A stretch of DNA of 64,000 bases from Ginglymostoma cirratum. Taxonomy: Eukaryota. Each line of letters opens with the position of its first letter. Positions within the stretch are counted from its first letter, which is position 1. Both the position numbers and the translations under genes were made by a program. Shown here one piece after another: positions 12,756 through 25,010 of the stretch. The stretch covers positions 46,003,234 through 46,067,233 of the forward strand of contig JAHRHZ010000013.1 in the NCBI GenBank assembly GCA_024137785.1. Direction: 5' to 3'. Below the pieces are notes generated by a model, which was given only the letters and a program-made list of their open reading frames with translations, did no database searches and had not been told where the DNA came from.

Positions 12756-12866
12756 ATATCCTATGTGCCATTCTGTCTTTAGATACAGTATTGTGATCCA
12801 ACTTTAATTACTGAAGAGTTTCAAAAGTGTGCTTCTGTAAAATACTTTCTTTTTTATCATTACCAG

Positions 12867-13043
12867 GCACTTCTACCAATGCTAGTACCTCCTAATGTTT
12901 ATCAGATAATGGACAATATCCTGGAGGTGTTCTCCAGCCTCAGTTCTTTCACTACTAAATCATTAAAAGTCTTGGATTTGATCCCCAATCTTTTGCAGTC
13001 TGTGCGTGACTTGAATCTTCCGTCTATTTTTGAATTCAATGAG
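12867..13043 (+). CDS. ABCA13: ABCA13-like, window exon 5
   Basis: ttttatcattaccAG / GAG|gtagga; 177 nt. ALLPMLVPPNVYQIMDNILEVFSSLSSFTTKSLKVLDLIPNLLQSVRDLNLPSIFEFNE. Confidence 0.85.
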
Positions 13044-14024
13044 GTAGGAGAATTTTACCTTAGTTTTAAATTCAAGATTATTTTAGATTATTGAATATTT
13101 TGCTTTGTGGCCAGGCATCGTTTAATATCTTACAAATAAAATCTGTACTTCCTTTCTTGTGAATAATGAGAAGGATGACAGTCTGATGACTTATGTCATT
13201 CCGTTTCTTATATTCCAGTTACTGCAACACTTTTCTAAGTGGTGATGTTGCATTTTTGTTTAAAAATGTATACAGGTAATATGCAGGTTTTGGGCAATCA
13301 ATTGAAGTTAAATTTGTGAAATATCTACTGTCCTCATTTTATTTCTAGTACTTGCGTAACTATGACATTAATGTTTTGATCTAGGAGTAATAAGCAGCTT
13401 CTATTACTAGGATAGATCTATTAACATTTAGACTGCTTACAGTTCTAGGGGAATTCGCATCTATTGAACTCATCAATTGTGGTTGTTTTTAGCTCATGCG
13501 CTGTGGAAACATAAAATAGGGACGACTTAAAAGACAAAGATAGCTTTAGAATGTATATGTGTAAAAGCCCAAAGCGTTGCAAAGCTTCAGGCACAAAGAA
13601 ATACATTGTTTCTTCTGAGTCAGTGACTCAAACCTCTTTTTCTATCACTATTTTCTTTGTTCATTTGTCCATCATGTTACAAATACTTTATGCATTCAAA
13701 TAAAGAGGCTTTTTTAACCACAATTGCTTTCCTGGATCCAGTTTAATGATGCACTCTTTGTCTTATACTGTCTGACCAATAATCTTTCACCTCTTTCTAG
13801 TTACACTGTGGTTCTCTACCCAGACTGCTACACATTTCTATTGCCTCACATAACTAGAAGATCATTATCCAATGGGAAGTTTGAAGAAAATTTATTTAAA
13901 GAGTGATGGTAATGTGGAACTTGCTACCACACCGAGTAATTGAAGCCAATGATATTGTTGCACTTATGATGAAGCTAGACAATCAAATGAGGGAGAAAAG
14001 ATTAGAGGGTTATGATAATTTTAT

Positions 14025-17000
14025 TTCAATCCATTCAAGGGATAAGACTTTGCTGGCTGGGCCAGCATTTATTGCCTTTCTCTGAATTGCCCTCGGAAAG
14101 GTGGTGTTAGCCCCCTTCTTGAACTGCTGCAGTCCTCAGGCAGGTCGATTCAGAATATCATTTGGGAGGATGTTCCAGGATTTTGATCCAATGACACTAA
14201 AGGAGCAATGAAATATTTCCAAGTTAGGATGGTGGGTGGCTTGAAGGGGAACTTGCAGGTGGTGGTGTTCCTTACATCTGCTATCCCTGTCTTTATAGAT
14301 GACAGTGGTTGTGGGTTTGGAAGGTACTGTGTAAGGAGCCTTGGTGAAATTTTGCAGTTCATCTTGTAGATAGAATGCACTACTGCTCCCATGCACCAGC
14401 GGTGGAAAGAGTGAATGTTTGTTGATGTGATCTTAATCAGGTGGGCTGTTTTGTCTTGGATTGTGTCAAGCTTCTTGAGTGTTGGAGCTGCACTCAGCCA
14501 TGCAACTGAGGAGCATTCCATCACACTCCTGATGTGTGCCTTGTAAATAGTGAATAGGCTTTGGGGAAGTGGGAGGTAAGTTATTCTCTGCTGGATTCCC
14601 AGCCTCTGATTTGATCATATCACCTCTGTGTATATATGGCGAGCCCAGTTCAGTTTCTGGTCAATGATAACCCCCACAATGTTAATAATGTAGAATTCAA
14701 TGATGTTATGTCATTTAATGCCAAGGGGGCAAAGATTAGATTCTCTTTTATTGGAGACAGTGATTGCCTGGCACCTGTGTGACATGAATGTTACTTGTCA
14801 GCCCAAGTCGGAATATTATCCAGGTCTTGCTGCACTTAATCATAAACTGCTTTGGTATCTCAGGAGTGGCGAATTGTGAGTGAACAATCCCACTTCTGAC
14901 CTTATGATAAAGGGAAGACGATTGATGAAACAATTAAAGATGGTTAGGCTTATATCAGTATTCTGAGGTATTTAGCGGTTCTTGTGATGCAGGAGACCTG
15001 GTTCAATTCCAACCTACTCCAAAGGTGTGTAATAACATCTCTGAACAGGTTGATTTCAAATAAAAGGTATCCTGAGAAACTAGAACTCTTGTGGCACAGT
15101 GGTAGTGTCCTACCTCCAAACTCAGAGGCCCAGTATCATGTCCTACCTGCTCCAGAGGTGTGAAAAACACCTCTGAGTAGGTTGACTGGAAAATTTCCAC
15201 CTGAGGAGTTCTGAGTTCACTGGCTTGATTCTTGGGATGGCAGGTTGACGTATGAAATGAAGTTAAGGCAGTTAGGATTGTATTCATTGGAAGAATGATA
15301 GGGGATCTCATAGAAACCTATAAAATTCTAACATAACTCGGCAGGTTAGATGCAGGAAGGATGTTCCTGATGGTGGAAGAGTCCAGAACCAGAGATCACA
15401 GCTTGAGGATGAGGGGTAAATTTTTTAGGACTGAGATGAGGAGAAATTTCTTCACTCAGAGAACGATAAGCCTGTGGAATTCCTTACCAAGTAAATCGTT
15501 AAAGCCAGAACATTATGTTTGCAACAAAGAGATGTCTATAGCTCTTGTGGCTAAAGGGATCAAAGGATCTGGGGGAGAGAGCAGAATTAAGATTTTGAGA
15601 TCACTGATCAGCCATGGTCATATTTAATGGCAGGCTTGAGGGGTCGAATGGCCTACTCCTGTCCCATCTTCTGTGTTTTTCACCTGCTCCAGAGGTGTGT
15701 CATAACATACCTGAACAGGTTGATGAAAATATCTATCCTGAGGAACTCCTGTATGATGCCCTGGAGCTGAGATGACTGACTTCCAAAAACCAGGACCATC
15801 TCCCTTTCTGCCAGGTACCGGCAGCAAAGAGTATTCCCCTGAATTCTCATTGATTCTATTTTTGCTTGAGCTCCTTGATGCCAAACACATTTAAATGAAG
15901 CTTTAATGTCAAAGGCAGCCATTTTCACCTCACCTTTTGAACTTGCTTTTTTTCATCTATGTTGGAACCAAGGCTGAAATGAGGTCAGGAGTTGATTGGT
16001 CCTAAGTGGAACCCAAACTGAGTATCAGTGAGCTGTTTATTGCTCACTAAGAGCCACTTGACAACAGTGTTGATGACCATGACCACTTCCATCAATTCAC
16101 TAATGATAGAGAGTAGCCTAATGGGGCAGTAATTGGTCAGTTGGATTTATCGTATTATGTGCATGCATGAGAGACCTGGGCAATTTGCCACATTGCTGGT
16201 TAGATGCCAGTGTTGTAGCTGTACTAAAATAGCTTGGTTTAGGTTGTTGCACATTTTGGGGCACATGTCTTCAGAAATATTGCAGGAATGTTGTCAAGAC
16301 CCCTAGCCTTTACAGTATTCAGTGCCTTCAGCATTATCTCGATGATACATGGACTGAATCATTTTGGCTGAAGAATGACATTTTTATGTTGGGGACTACT
16401 AGAGGAGGCTAAAGTGGATCATGGACTTGGTATATCTTGCTGAGAGCTGTTGCAAATACTTCAGATTTTGCCTTTTGCACTGGTTTGCTGGGATCCCCTC
16501 CTGTACGAGATGGGGATATTTGTAGACGCATCTCTGACAGTGAGTTGTTCAGTTGTTCAACACGATTCATGACTGGATGTGGCAGGACTGCAGAGTTTAG
16601 ATCTGATTCGTTAGTTGTGAAATGGTTAGCTCCGTCTAATACCTTGTCTGGAACACATGCAGTGCTGTATTGTAGCTTCATCAGATTGACACCTTATTTT
16701 TAAGTATACCTGGAGCTGCTGCTGACATGCCCTCTTGCACTTTCCATTGTACTAGGGTTGACCTCTTGGCTTGATGGTAATGGTGGATCGGGGGATATGC
16801 TGAGCCATGAAATTGCAGATTGTCTATGAGCTTGATTCTGTTACTGCTGATGGCCTATAATACCTCATAGAAGTCTAATCTTAAGTTGTTAGATCTGCTT
16901 GAAGTCTGTTCCATTTAGCACAGTAATAGTGCCACACATCACGATGGAAGGTATCGTCAACGTGAGGACAGAACTTTATCTCCGCAAGGACTGTGCAGTG

Positions 17001-17360
17001 GTCGCTGTAACCGATGCTGTCACAGACAGATGCATTGGCAGCAGGCAGATTGGTGAGAATGAGGCCAAGTGTGTTTTTCCCTCTTTTTGGTTCCCTCATT
17101 ACCTGCCGCAGACCCAGTCGAGCAGCTGTGTCCTTTAGGACCCTGCCAGCTTAATCAGTAGAGCTGCTGCCGGGCCACTGTTGCTGGTGGACTTTGAAAT
17201 ACCCCACCCAGAGTGTATTCTGAGCCCTTGCCACCCTCAGTGCTTCCTCCAGGTGATGTTCAACATGGAGGAGTATTAATTCATCAGCTGTGGGAGGATG
17301 GCACATGGTAATCAGCAGGAAGTTTCCTTGCCCATATTTAACCTGATGCCTTGAGAAATC
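14025..17360 (-). mobile_element. CR1/L2-group LINE ORF2 (APE endonuclease plus RT plus 3' end), decayed, with nested inserts
   Basis: Minus-strand ORFs: EPKRGKNTLGLILTN...IGYSDHCTV (APE C-terminal SDH motif), MAAFDIKASFKCVWHQG (RT), APTLKKLDTIQDKTA (C-terminus). Confidence 0.8.
14974..15733 (+). mobile_element. Cluster of three short tRNA-derived SINE copies plus one CR1 3' fragment (15213-15680)
   Basis: Shared body ACCTGCTCCAGAGGTGTG...CTGAACAGGTTGA at ~15012, ~15144 and ~15682. A-box-like GTGGCACAGTGGTAG at 15091 and B-box-like GGTTCAATTCC at 15000. CR1 ORF ESRTRDHSLRMRG...FFTQRTISLWNSLP. Confidence 0.7.
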
Positions 17361-17519
17361 CTGATTTCTGTAGTCATAAAATAATTTAAATAAAGAAAGA
17401 CAGGAAGAGACTCAGGCATATCATTATTATCGACAGGAGCTTTTAGATGATACGGTCTGTTTCTATGTTGTTTGTCCAATTAAATTCTAGACTTTTCTCT
17501 TTAAATATCCAAATTCCTC

Positions 17520-17790
17520 CCACCCTTGTAGCTTAAATCTCTGTCCGCAGCCCTGCTTACTGGTTGCCAGGACACTGAACCCAACCCAGCTTACATGCAG
17601 CCCATCCTAATCAAACATTTCCTTCTTTCCCAGTACTGTTGTTACTGTCCTGTGAATCTAAACTGTTCTTTTCATATCACCTTTTAAACCATGCTTTTGA
17701 TTCTCTAATCTGCTTGACCCAATACCTGTTGGCATGTGGCTCAGGTAATAATCCAGAAATTATTACTTTTAAGGTCTTTCACTTTCATTT
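17520..17790 (-). mobile_element. CR1 ORF1 C-terminal fragment
   Basis: Minus strand reads DGLHVSWVGFSVLA (DGLHLN motif) and IISGLLPEPHA. Confidence 0.6.
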
Positions 17791-18609
17791 TTACTTATAG
17801 TTTCAAGGTGTCTTTATAAATAAAGACATTCCCACTGATGTGGATTTTATCAAATTAAACTTTAAAATAAAAGGTTAAATGTCCAGTTTTGCAAGATCAT
17901 GTCAATATAACACCCTTAAGTTACAAGTACCTGTGAAAAATAACTAACATTCTTGTCTTTATAAAGACCCATCATCTTAATGGCATGGCAGTTAAATATT
18001 TAATTTATTCAGGTACTGGGCATTACTGGGGATTCAGTCATGCACCTATACATAGAAAGAAAGACTGCACGGCCAGAAAGTCCAGTTTCAAGTGTCACTT
18101 GGCCCAGAGGTGTGTCACTGCATGCCTGAATACGTTGATTAAGCATATTATATAGGAACAAACACACACTGTAGTTATTATGTTACGAAAGTCATTCAGA
18201 CAAATGCCACCATTTGTGTGCCCTTCTTGAAAATACTTAGCTGTGCAAAACTTACTATGTAGCTTTTCTCCCACTGCTAATCTAATCTTCCCTGATCAGT
18301 GATTTTAAAGAATGAAATAAAAGAAAATATACTTGCTGGAGTAGAAAATATGCCTTGTGCATGCAACTCATACTTTCATGTTTGCCATTTGTGAAAATAA
18401 TTTATTATGTTTTAGAGGAACCTAATCTTTGCAAAAGGTGGGACTTTATGGTGTATGGGTGCAAGTAGATAAAACTTTGAACTGTATAAAGTTTAGATTA
18501 CAGTTTTATCCTTCATTACATTGACATGAATACAACAATCTATGCCATGATTTCCTTTTATCTCTGGACGTTTAAAAACTGACTGATATTGTCTTTTATT
18601 TTTGTCTAG

Positions 18610-18790
18610 AATGTTCAAAGAAGGTCTTTGAGAATGTCTGCGAGTAGTTCTTTACAAACCCTCTCCAAAGCAATTTGTAGGACTCAGTCAACTAGCTTAC
18701 TCGGTGGTGGAATGATGTTCTCAGAATTACCACAAATTGACACGCTCACTGAGGAAGACTTAATCAAATACAACGTTCCTACAAATACCA
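18610..18790 (+). CDS. ABCA13: ABCA13-like, window exon 6
   Basis: tttgtctAG / A|gtaaga; 181 nt. NVQRRSLRMSASSSLQTLSKAICRTQSTSLLGGGMMFSELPQIDTLTEEDLIKYNVPTNT. Confidence 0.9.
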
Positions 18791-21039
18791 GTAAGAGAAT
18801 CTCGGCTGAATGGAGGAGACAGCTTTGTTGTGTACTGGTGTCATTGCTTGTAACTGAAACACCCTTTTTCTAGTGATGTTTAAATATTTTATTTCAAAGA
18901 AATGAAAAACAAACTGGCGATAAAATTAATGTTTGGCAATTTGTGTAGAGCATGAATTGATTACACAATGAGCTAAAGTTTGCTTCCCCTCAGGTGGGTC
19001 AACGAGTGGTTGAAGGACACAAAATTGAGTTGAATTCCATAGTTACCTTTTCTGCCAACACTCACCTGCTCCCAACAATACTGCAGTTTTAAATATGAAA
19101 GACAAATTATTGGGTGTCACATCCATCTTTAGGCCAATTAAAGCCCTTAAGTAAACAATTCATGGCAGAGGAACCAGATTGAAATCTGCTAAGTTCCATT
19201 CCTCAGGCTATAGTTGGGAAAAAGATGGGGTATCTGTTTTAAAGGCTCCCTAGGTGCAGCAGAGAGGATCCCCTCCCTCTATAAGATCTACCCCACTACT
19301 GTGAACCCTGAACCCCACCACTGTGTCTCTCTTGCTAAAGCCTCCACTCTGGTCTTACAAAGAACTACATCCAACATAGCTCCACTAATGATCCCTATTG
19401 GCATCTGCTGCAGCATCAGCAGTGGCCACTGTTCCTAAGTGGTGCTGCTCGGGACCAGAAAGTTGCTGGTCATTAGTCAGCAGCTTTTAGGGGTGAGATA
19501 TCTTCCCTTGATGGGAGCGGAAGTCTCACCATGAGATGATTAATACCCTGCCAAGTGTTAAGTGGCTGTGGGAGAGGTTGTTTAAGTGGGGTGGGGAGTC
19601 TGGGGATTACGGGCTCTCCATCAACATTTTCATCAAAGGATCAAAACCCGGGTGAGCCATAAAATACTTCCCAGTGAGATTTATCCATTGTAGATTTACC
19701 AAGATGATGCCAGGAATGGGGAGCTTTACATGGGAATTTCCGAATTGATGAAGGATTTTAATAGATCAAATTGAATAACACTATTTTGTCTGGTTGGGGA
19801 ATCTATCTGAGTCAGTCTTCAAGGGTTCAACAATCACTGATGAGCTTAGCAGTGATATGTTCGATGGTTGAATAGCTTGCTGACTGTTGTTGTCTTGACT
19901 TATACATAAAATAACAGTCAGTGGTTGAAGTTACAGGTGGCACAAGGCACATACATTAGTGTGCTCCTGTAAGGCATAGGAGAAAGGATAACAGTAAAAG
20001 GAGGAGGTTTGGATATGATTACACTGGCCCTAATAACTATTAATGTGTTCAATCTGCTTATGAGAATGAAGATCGTGCTCCAAGAGATAACATGTTTTGT
20101 TGTCATTAACATTTCAAAGCGATATTGGATTTGCAGTTAATTTGTTGATTTAGATGTCCTTCTGGAATACCAAATGACCTAAACTTGGGCACCACACAAA
20201 ATCCAAATTGATTAAAACTCATCTCTGTGGCTGCTGTCATAAATATAGCAAAGAATACCATTAAACTGACATATAGTCCCTGATATTTGCAGCAAAGCCA
20301 AACTTAATGGAGAGTTCAGCAAAACCAAGAACACAAGCGTTCTACTGCATTTAGTAACATGACACCATTAACATTTCAATCTTCCACTTTCCGCCCATTA
20401 TACGTATAAGTAGAGCTGTGAGTCAGCTGTGAAAGTATATGGAGCAAGGTGCAGTTCATGATTTGTGCTTTCTGAATCAATTTAAAACTGAGAGGTGGAG
20501 GTGGAAAGAACAGAGATTTAGGAAGGGAGGGCACTGTAATACGGCTGAAAGAACAGCTGCTAGTAATAGAGTGAGACGTAGATAATGTGAAGTAATCCAG
20601 TATTTAAGGGATACAGTGTGGAGAGAACAGAGAACAATGATGACTTATTACATTGAAAAAAAGGAAACTTCATGAACAAACCTCATTGTATCTTTAAATG
20701 TCTGGAATCACTTCTCTCTAGCCATTTTTCTGAAGTAACCTTAGTAAAAGATTTACTTTACATAAATAGAGGACCCTTAATTTTGTTTTTATTTTGAGCT
20801 TTTGACTACATAGAGGTATCTTAATTATTACATTAGTAGTAGGATAAATGAAACAAAATGGAGGCAAAGCATTCTTCTCAATCTTTAAGGTTGGTCTGGC
20901 TAACTGAGAAAAAAAAAAATGGAAAAGCACAAAGCTGAAAGGTAACAGATAAGGACCAAGGCTCAAAATATGTAAATACAGATTTTAACCGTTTAACCTA
21001 TATTGCCCATTTATTACTTTGGTTTCAATTAAAATCACA

Positions 21040-21200
21040 TAACTGGTGTAGTGGACAGGAAAGAAGATTACCTCAGAGTACAATGGGACCTTGGTCAGAT
21101 GGGGAAATGGGCTGAGGAGTGGCAGGTGGAGTTTAATTTAGATAATTGTGAGGTGGTACATTTTGGTAGGGCAAATCAGGGCAGGCCTTACACAGTTGGA
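21040..21200 (+). mobile_element. CR1 RT fragment
   Basis: VDRKEDYLRVQWDLGQMGKWAEEWQVEFNLDNCEVVHFGRANQ, the classic CR1 QxDL..W...WQM.FN..KC segment. Confidence 0.85.
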
Positions 21201-21355
21201 CTGAAGGCTATGCTTTCGTGGTCTACATCTTTATTACTCTATGACTTTAACCATGTTGCTGGCCGTGTAGCCAATTCTCATTTAAGATGAATACTGTTGT
21301 TTGATATGAGATATAAAAAAACTTGCTAATAGTTCTTCACTTTTGGCTGCACCAG

Positions 21356-21495
21356 CTCCCTTCTGCATGGACTTTTATCAGGATATTTTAAAAGCGCCAA
21401 ATGGACCCTTGCTGTGGACCTTCCTGAAACCGCTGCTACTTGGTGAAATACTGTATGCTCCAAGCACAATTCCAATACAGAGACTAATGGACAAG
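21356..21495 (+). CDS. ABCA13: ABCA13-like, window exon 7
   Basis: caccAG / AAG|gtggga; 140 nt. (T)PFCMDFYQDILKAPNGPLLWTFLKPLLLGEILYAPSTIPIQRLMDK, the conserved ABCA TPxC...WxxLKPLLxGxILY motif. Not in the ORF track. Confidence 0.95.
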
Positions 21496-22706
21496 GTGGG
21501 AGAGTTCAATACGTTGTAACTGATTGTTTATATAGTTACAATTTGCATTTCATATTTGGAGCTAGATTTTGAAATTGTGCAATAATGTGAAATGATGGAT
21601 AGTAAACGAAAGAAAAAGCTTATCAAAAATAAAAATCAGGAAAAATGTAAAATGACTGTCCACTAAATAGCACACTATTGCCTGATTTACACCATCATAC
21701 ACACTGAAAGCCCACCCATCGGATTTTTCCTTCATAAACACGTTTGGACATATTGTTGCATAACTTCATGGCCATCCTATCTTCTGGCTCGAAGGTAGGG
21801 ACACTAGCACTGGACTACAAGATCCTTCTACCTCTTGGGGTTTGCAAGCAACCAGTGCCCTTTATTAACTGAAAGTACTAATTGTTAATTTGCTTTCTAC
21901 TCCCTTCTGTTTTGCTTAAGGATATTGGTAACACAATTTAAACATGTATGTAATTTAGCAAGATGACCACATTGATGAGAATGATTTTAACATGTCACAA
22001 TGAAAAGAAAGCTTAGCTATTACACAAAATTCTTAAAATCAAGTAAATTTGTGATTGAAAAGCTAGTATTAGCACTGGCAACCAGGGGTGTAATTTTCCC
22101 CTCCTTAGGTGGCAAGATTATTAGATCAGTTAGCCCTGGAGAGATACCTGCAGCAAATAACTGTTGGATGAGAAAGTTCACTGGGGACCATTTCAACTCA
22201 CCAGGAATTGAGTCCCTTAAGCCATTGATAAATGGCCACTTAAAGGCCTCAACTTGCTACCAGCTTGTTTATCTCCCTTCTTGGCAGGTTTCCCAAGTGG
22301 GCCTCCATATGCCTCAAACTGGGACCGATTGGGGCTGTAGAAAATCATCCTGTGACATAGCATCCAACCTCCTGAATCTCGTTTCCCTGTGATTTGCGTT
22401 CTGTGAGGCCCTAGAAAAGACTTATCTTTTTGACATTGGAGTCCCTTAAGATTAGGCCTCTGGCAGTGATATCTAGTACCTAGAAGCTATTGGTGTCTGG
22501 TCATCTGGCAACTTCTGATGAAGCAGGACTTCAATGTCAATGCTTGCAATTTATTGAGACACTTACTGGTCAGCTCTTAACATACTGATTGGAGCATGAT
22601 TCAGTGAACTTTCTTGTTGATGGGGCAGTGAGCCAAACACTATTGGAAACACCTGCTCCCACACTTAGATTCATGGCTGAGGTTCTCTAGATTGCTATTT
22701 AAAATC

Positions 22707-22856
22707 GTATCAGAGATAATGGGTAATGCAGATGTTGGAGAATCCGAGATAACAAGGTGTGGAACTGGATGAACACAGCAGGCCAAGCAGCATCATAGGA
22801 GCAGGATGATGCTGCTTGGCCTGCTGTGTTCATCCAGCTCCACACCTTGTTATCTC
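22707..22856. mobile_element. Short palindromic Penelope-type insertion with 14-bp TSD
   Basis: TSD TGCTATTTAAAATC at 22693-22706 and 22857-22870. 51-bp inverted arms at 22746-22796 and 22806-22856. Same family as 12597. Confidence 0.85.
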
Positions 22857-23994
22857 TGCTATTTAAAATCCATCTGATTCACCATCTGTTCTTTAGGCAA
22901 AGAAATATACTGTCCTTATCCCATCTGATTTATGTGTGACTCCTGACCTACCCTAGTGTGGTTGACTTTTCTTTTTACCTCTAAACTTTTTTGAAAGTGG
23001 CACTGGCTACCTTGTGGATAATAGTGGTTTTCACAGATGAAGAACTGACTACGGTTTAACTTTATGCAGTGTATGTGTGCAGGATATGAGCAAGTGCGTA
23101 TGGTGTTTATCAGCTTTGGAGAGTCTTAGTGTAGGGTATCTACCAACCATTTTATAATCTGCTCAAACTTCCTCTTCATTGGTATTCATGTGAGGGGACA
23201 TCAAGGTATGAATAACAGGCAGCTGGTCTGCTGCCATCTGTTGTATGTTCCAGTCAAACTAAATGCCCCAGACTTTTCTCAATACACTCCAGTTTAACCT
23301 ATTTATAATCTAGGAAACTGTCTCTTTTGATAACCATTGCTAGTGGTAATGTGAATGTTTTCATTGTGCTGGAATGTTCAGATTGGTTATGAATAGTAAA
23401 GAGATGAGATCTTCCCTAGTTTGTTTCAATTGCTTTTGGTAACCCAGTTGACGAGACTTCTGGGCTGAATACTAAATGGACACAATTTTGCAACACATCC
23501 TACCTTTGTGAGTCCGGAGGAGTACAGTGCTCATTCTGATCTCACAAATGTGATGAATAAAATTCCAAAAATCTCCTCATTAGGGTGAGGCTTCCAGTGG
23601 GCAGTTTACACTCTGTATTCAAGTAGAAGTGGAACTGATAAACAGTACACATGCTTCATCCATTTTTCTATGAAAGTTATTGTTCCGTGAAAGTTGCAGT
23701 TCAAAAACAAACATAAGACACTGTTTTGAATCCTAATAAACTCCTGCTTATTTTTTGTGGGTGTGCCAGGAATCCATTTAAAGATTGGAAAAATTGCTAT
23801 GAAAGGTATCGGGATGCAATCAGATTTTCGGTTGCAAAATAAACAAGATAACTGTGAAAATCTCTCATTGTCTTCTGCCATTGCGGTGCAACAAAACTTC
23901 TCCAGAAATCCCTGGATCTTTAAGTAGATTCCATATTACAGCAGCTGAATGATATTGATGTATTGCTTACTACTTTGTTCTGTGTTTTATTCAG

Positions 23995-24105
23995 TCCAAC
24001 AGCATATTCAGCACAGTTAATGACCTGAAGACATATTCTGAAGTCTGGTTGAAATCCTCAAGTGTTTTGCAGAAACAGGAAAACTTTAAGTCAAGTCAGC
24101 TTCAG
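23995..24105 (+). CDS. ABCA13: ABCA13-like, window exon 8
   Basis: gttttattcAG / CAG|gtatct; 111 nt. SNSIFSTVNDLKTYSEVWLKSSSVLQKQENFKSSQLQ. Confidence 0.9.
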
Positions 24106-24609
24106 GTATCTAAGAAATGAACATCACTTTGTTTGTGTCAAAGCAGAGTGAAAATGTTTGTTTTCATCTTACTGTTTGGATGAACAACACAATATTGTCT
24201 CCATACATTAGGTCTGCACTTGATGGCAACCTTTTAACTTACTGTGACTATTGATGTATTCAGTTTATCTTCAAGTTCTGAATATAAATTTAGTCTTCAA
24301 CATAATCACAAAATATGATTGATATTTTGTTTATAAGAAAGCTCCTTCCGTTTATATAGAAGGACTCAGTTAGCTCACCCATAGACTCGAATGTATTACA
24401 GAATAAAGCCAAAAGTGCAGACTCAAATTCTGTACCAACTGTGATTGGTCATGGATGCCTGTCTCTACCCTACCCCACACTTACTGAGTGGTTGCCTTTG
24501 AACTATATCTAATTAATCGTCTCCCTAATGGGGAGAGATTCCTATGGTCCTCTGTGGACTTTGGTCTCTTAAACATTCATGCATAGTATACAATATGTGG
24601 ATTTTAAAA

Positions 24610-25010
24610 AGAAGTTAGAAGCTGGTTGTGTGGGCTTGGGAGACCGGAGGTGGCAAATTGGAGGGAAGATCTCCAGAAAGATGAGGCCTGTGACAAGATT
24701 AGATCACCAGATGACAATAGTACCACCTTTGTCAGCAAAATCAGGATTAGACCTGAGAGAATGAAGTACAGCAAGTACAGAAGAAAACAGGTTTGATTGG
24801 GTTAGGGAGCAGCAAGATTAAGGCAGCTAGTGTCGCAGTGGCAGTTCTTGAAGAGATCAAGGCTGGAAGAGGCAAAAAGGAGGGGTTCCATGTGGAGTGG
24901 GAGTGATGGAGATGGCTGAAAGGGTCCAAGGAGCAGAGAGTGGAATTATGCCCGAAGAAATAGGCACGGAGGTGAAGGTGATGGATGAAGAGTTCAACAT
25001 CACAACATCA
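24610..25010 (-). mobile_element. Penelope-like element, N-terminal ORF/RT fragment
   Basis: Minus strand reads DVELFIHHLHLRAYF, DPFSHLHHSHSTWNP, LAVLHSLRSNPDFADKGGTIVIW (PLE ADKG motif), then SGDLPS. Confidence 0.75.

Noticed and set aside
22746-22856. Bona fide miRNA gene or Rho-independent terminator
   Set aside because: The hairpin is transposon-derived with a TSD and there is no expression evidence; bacterial terminators do not apply. Kept only as a dsRNA candidate.
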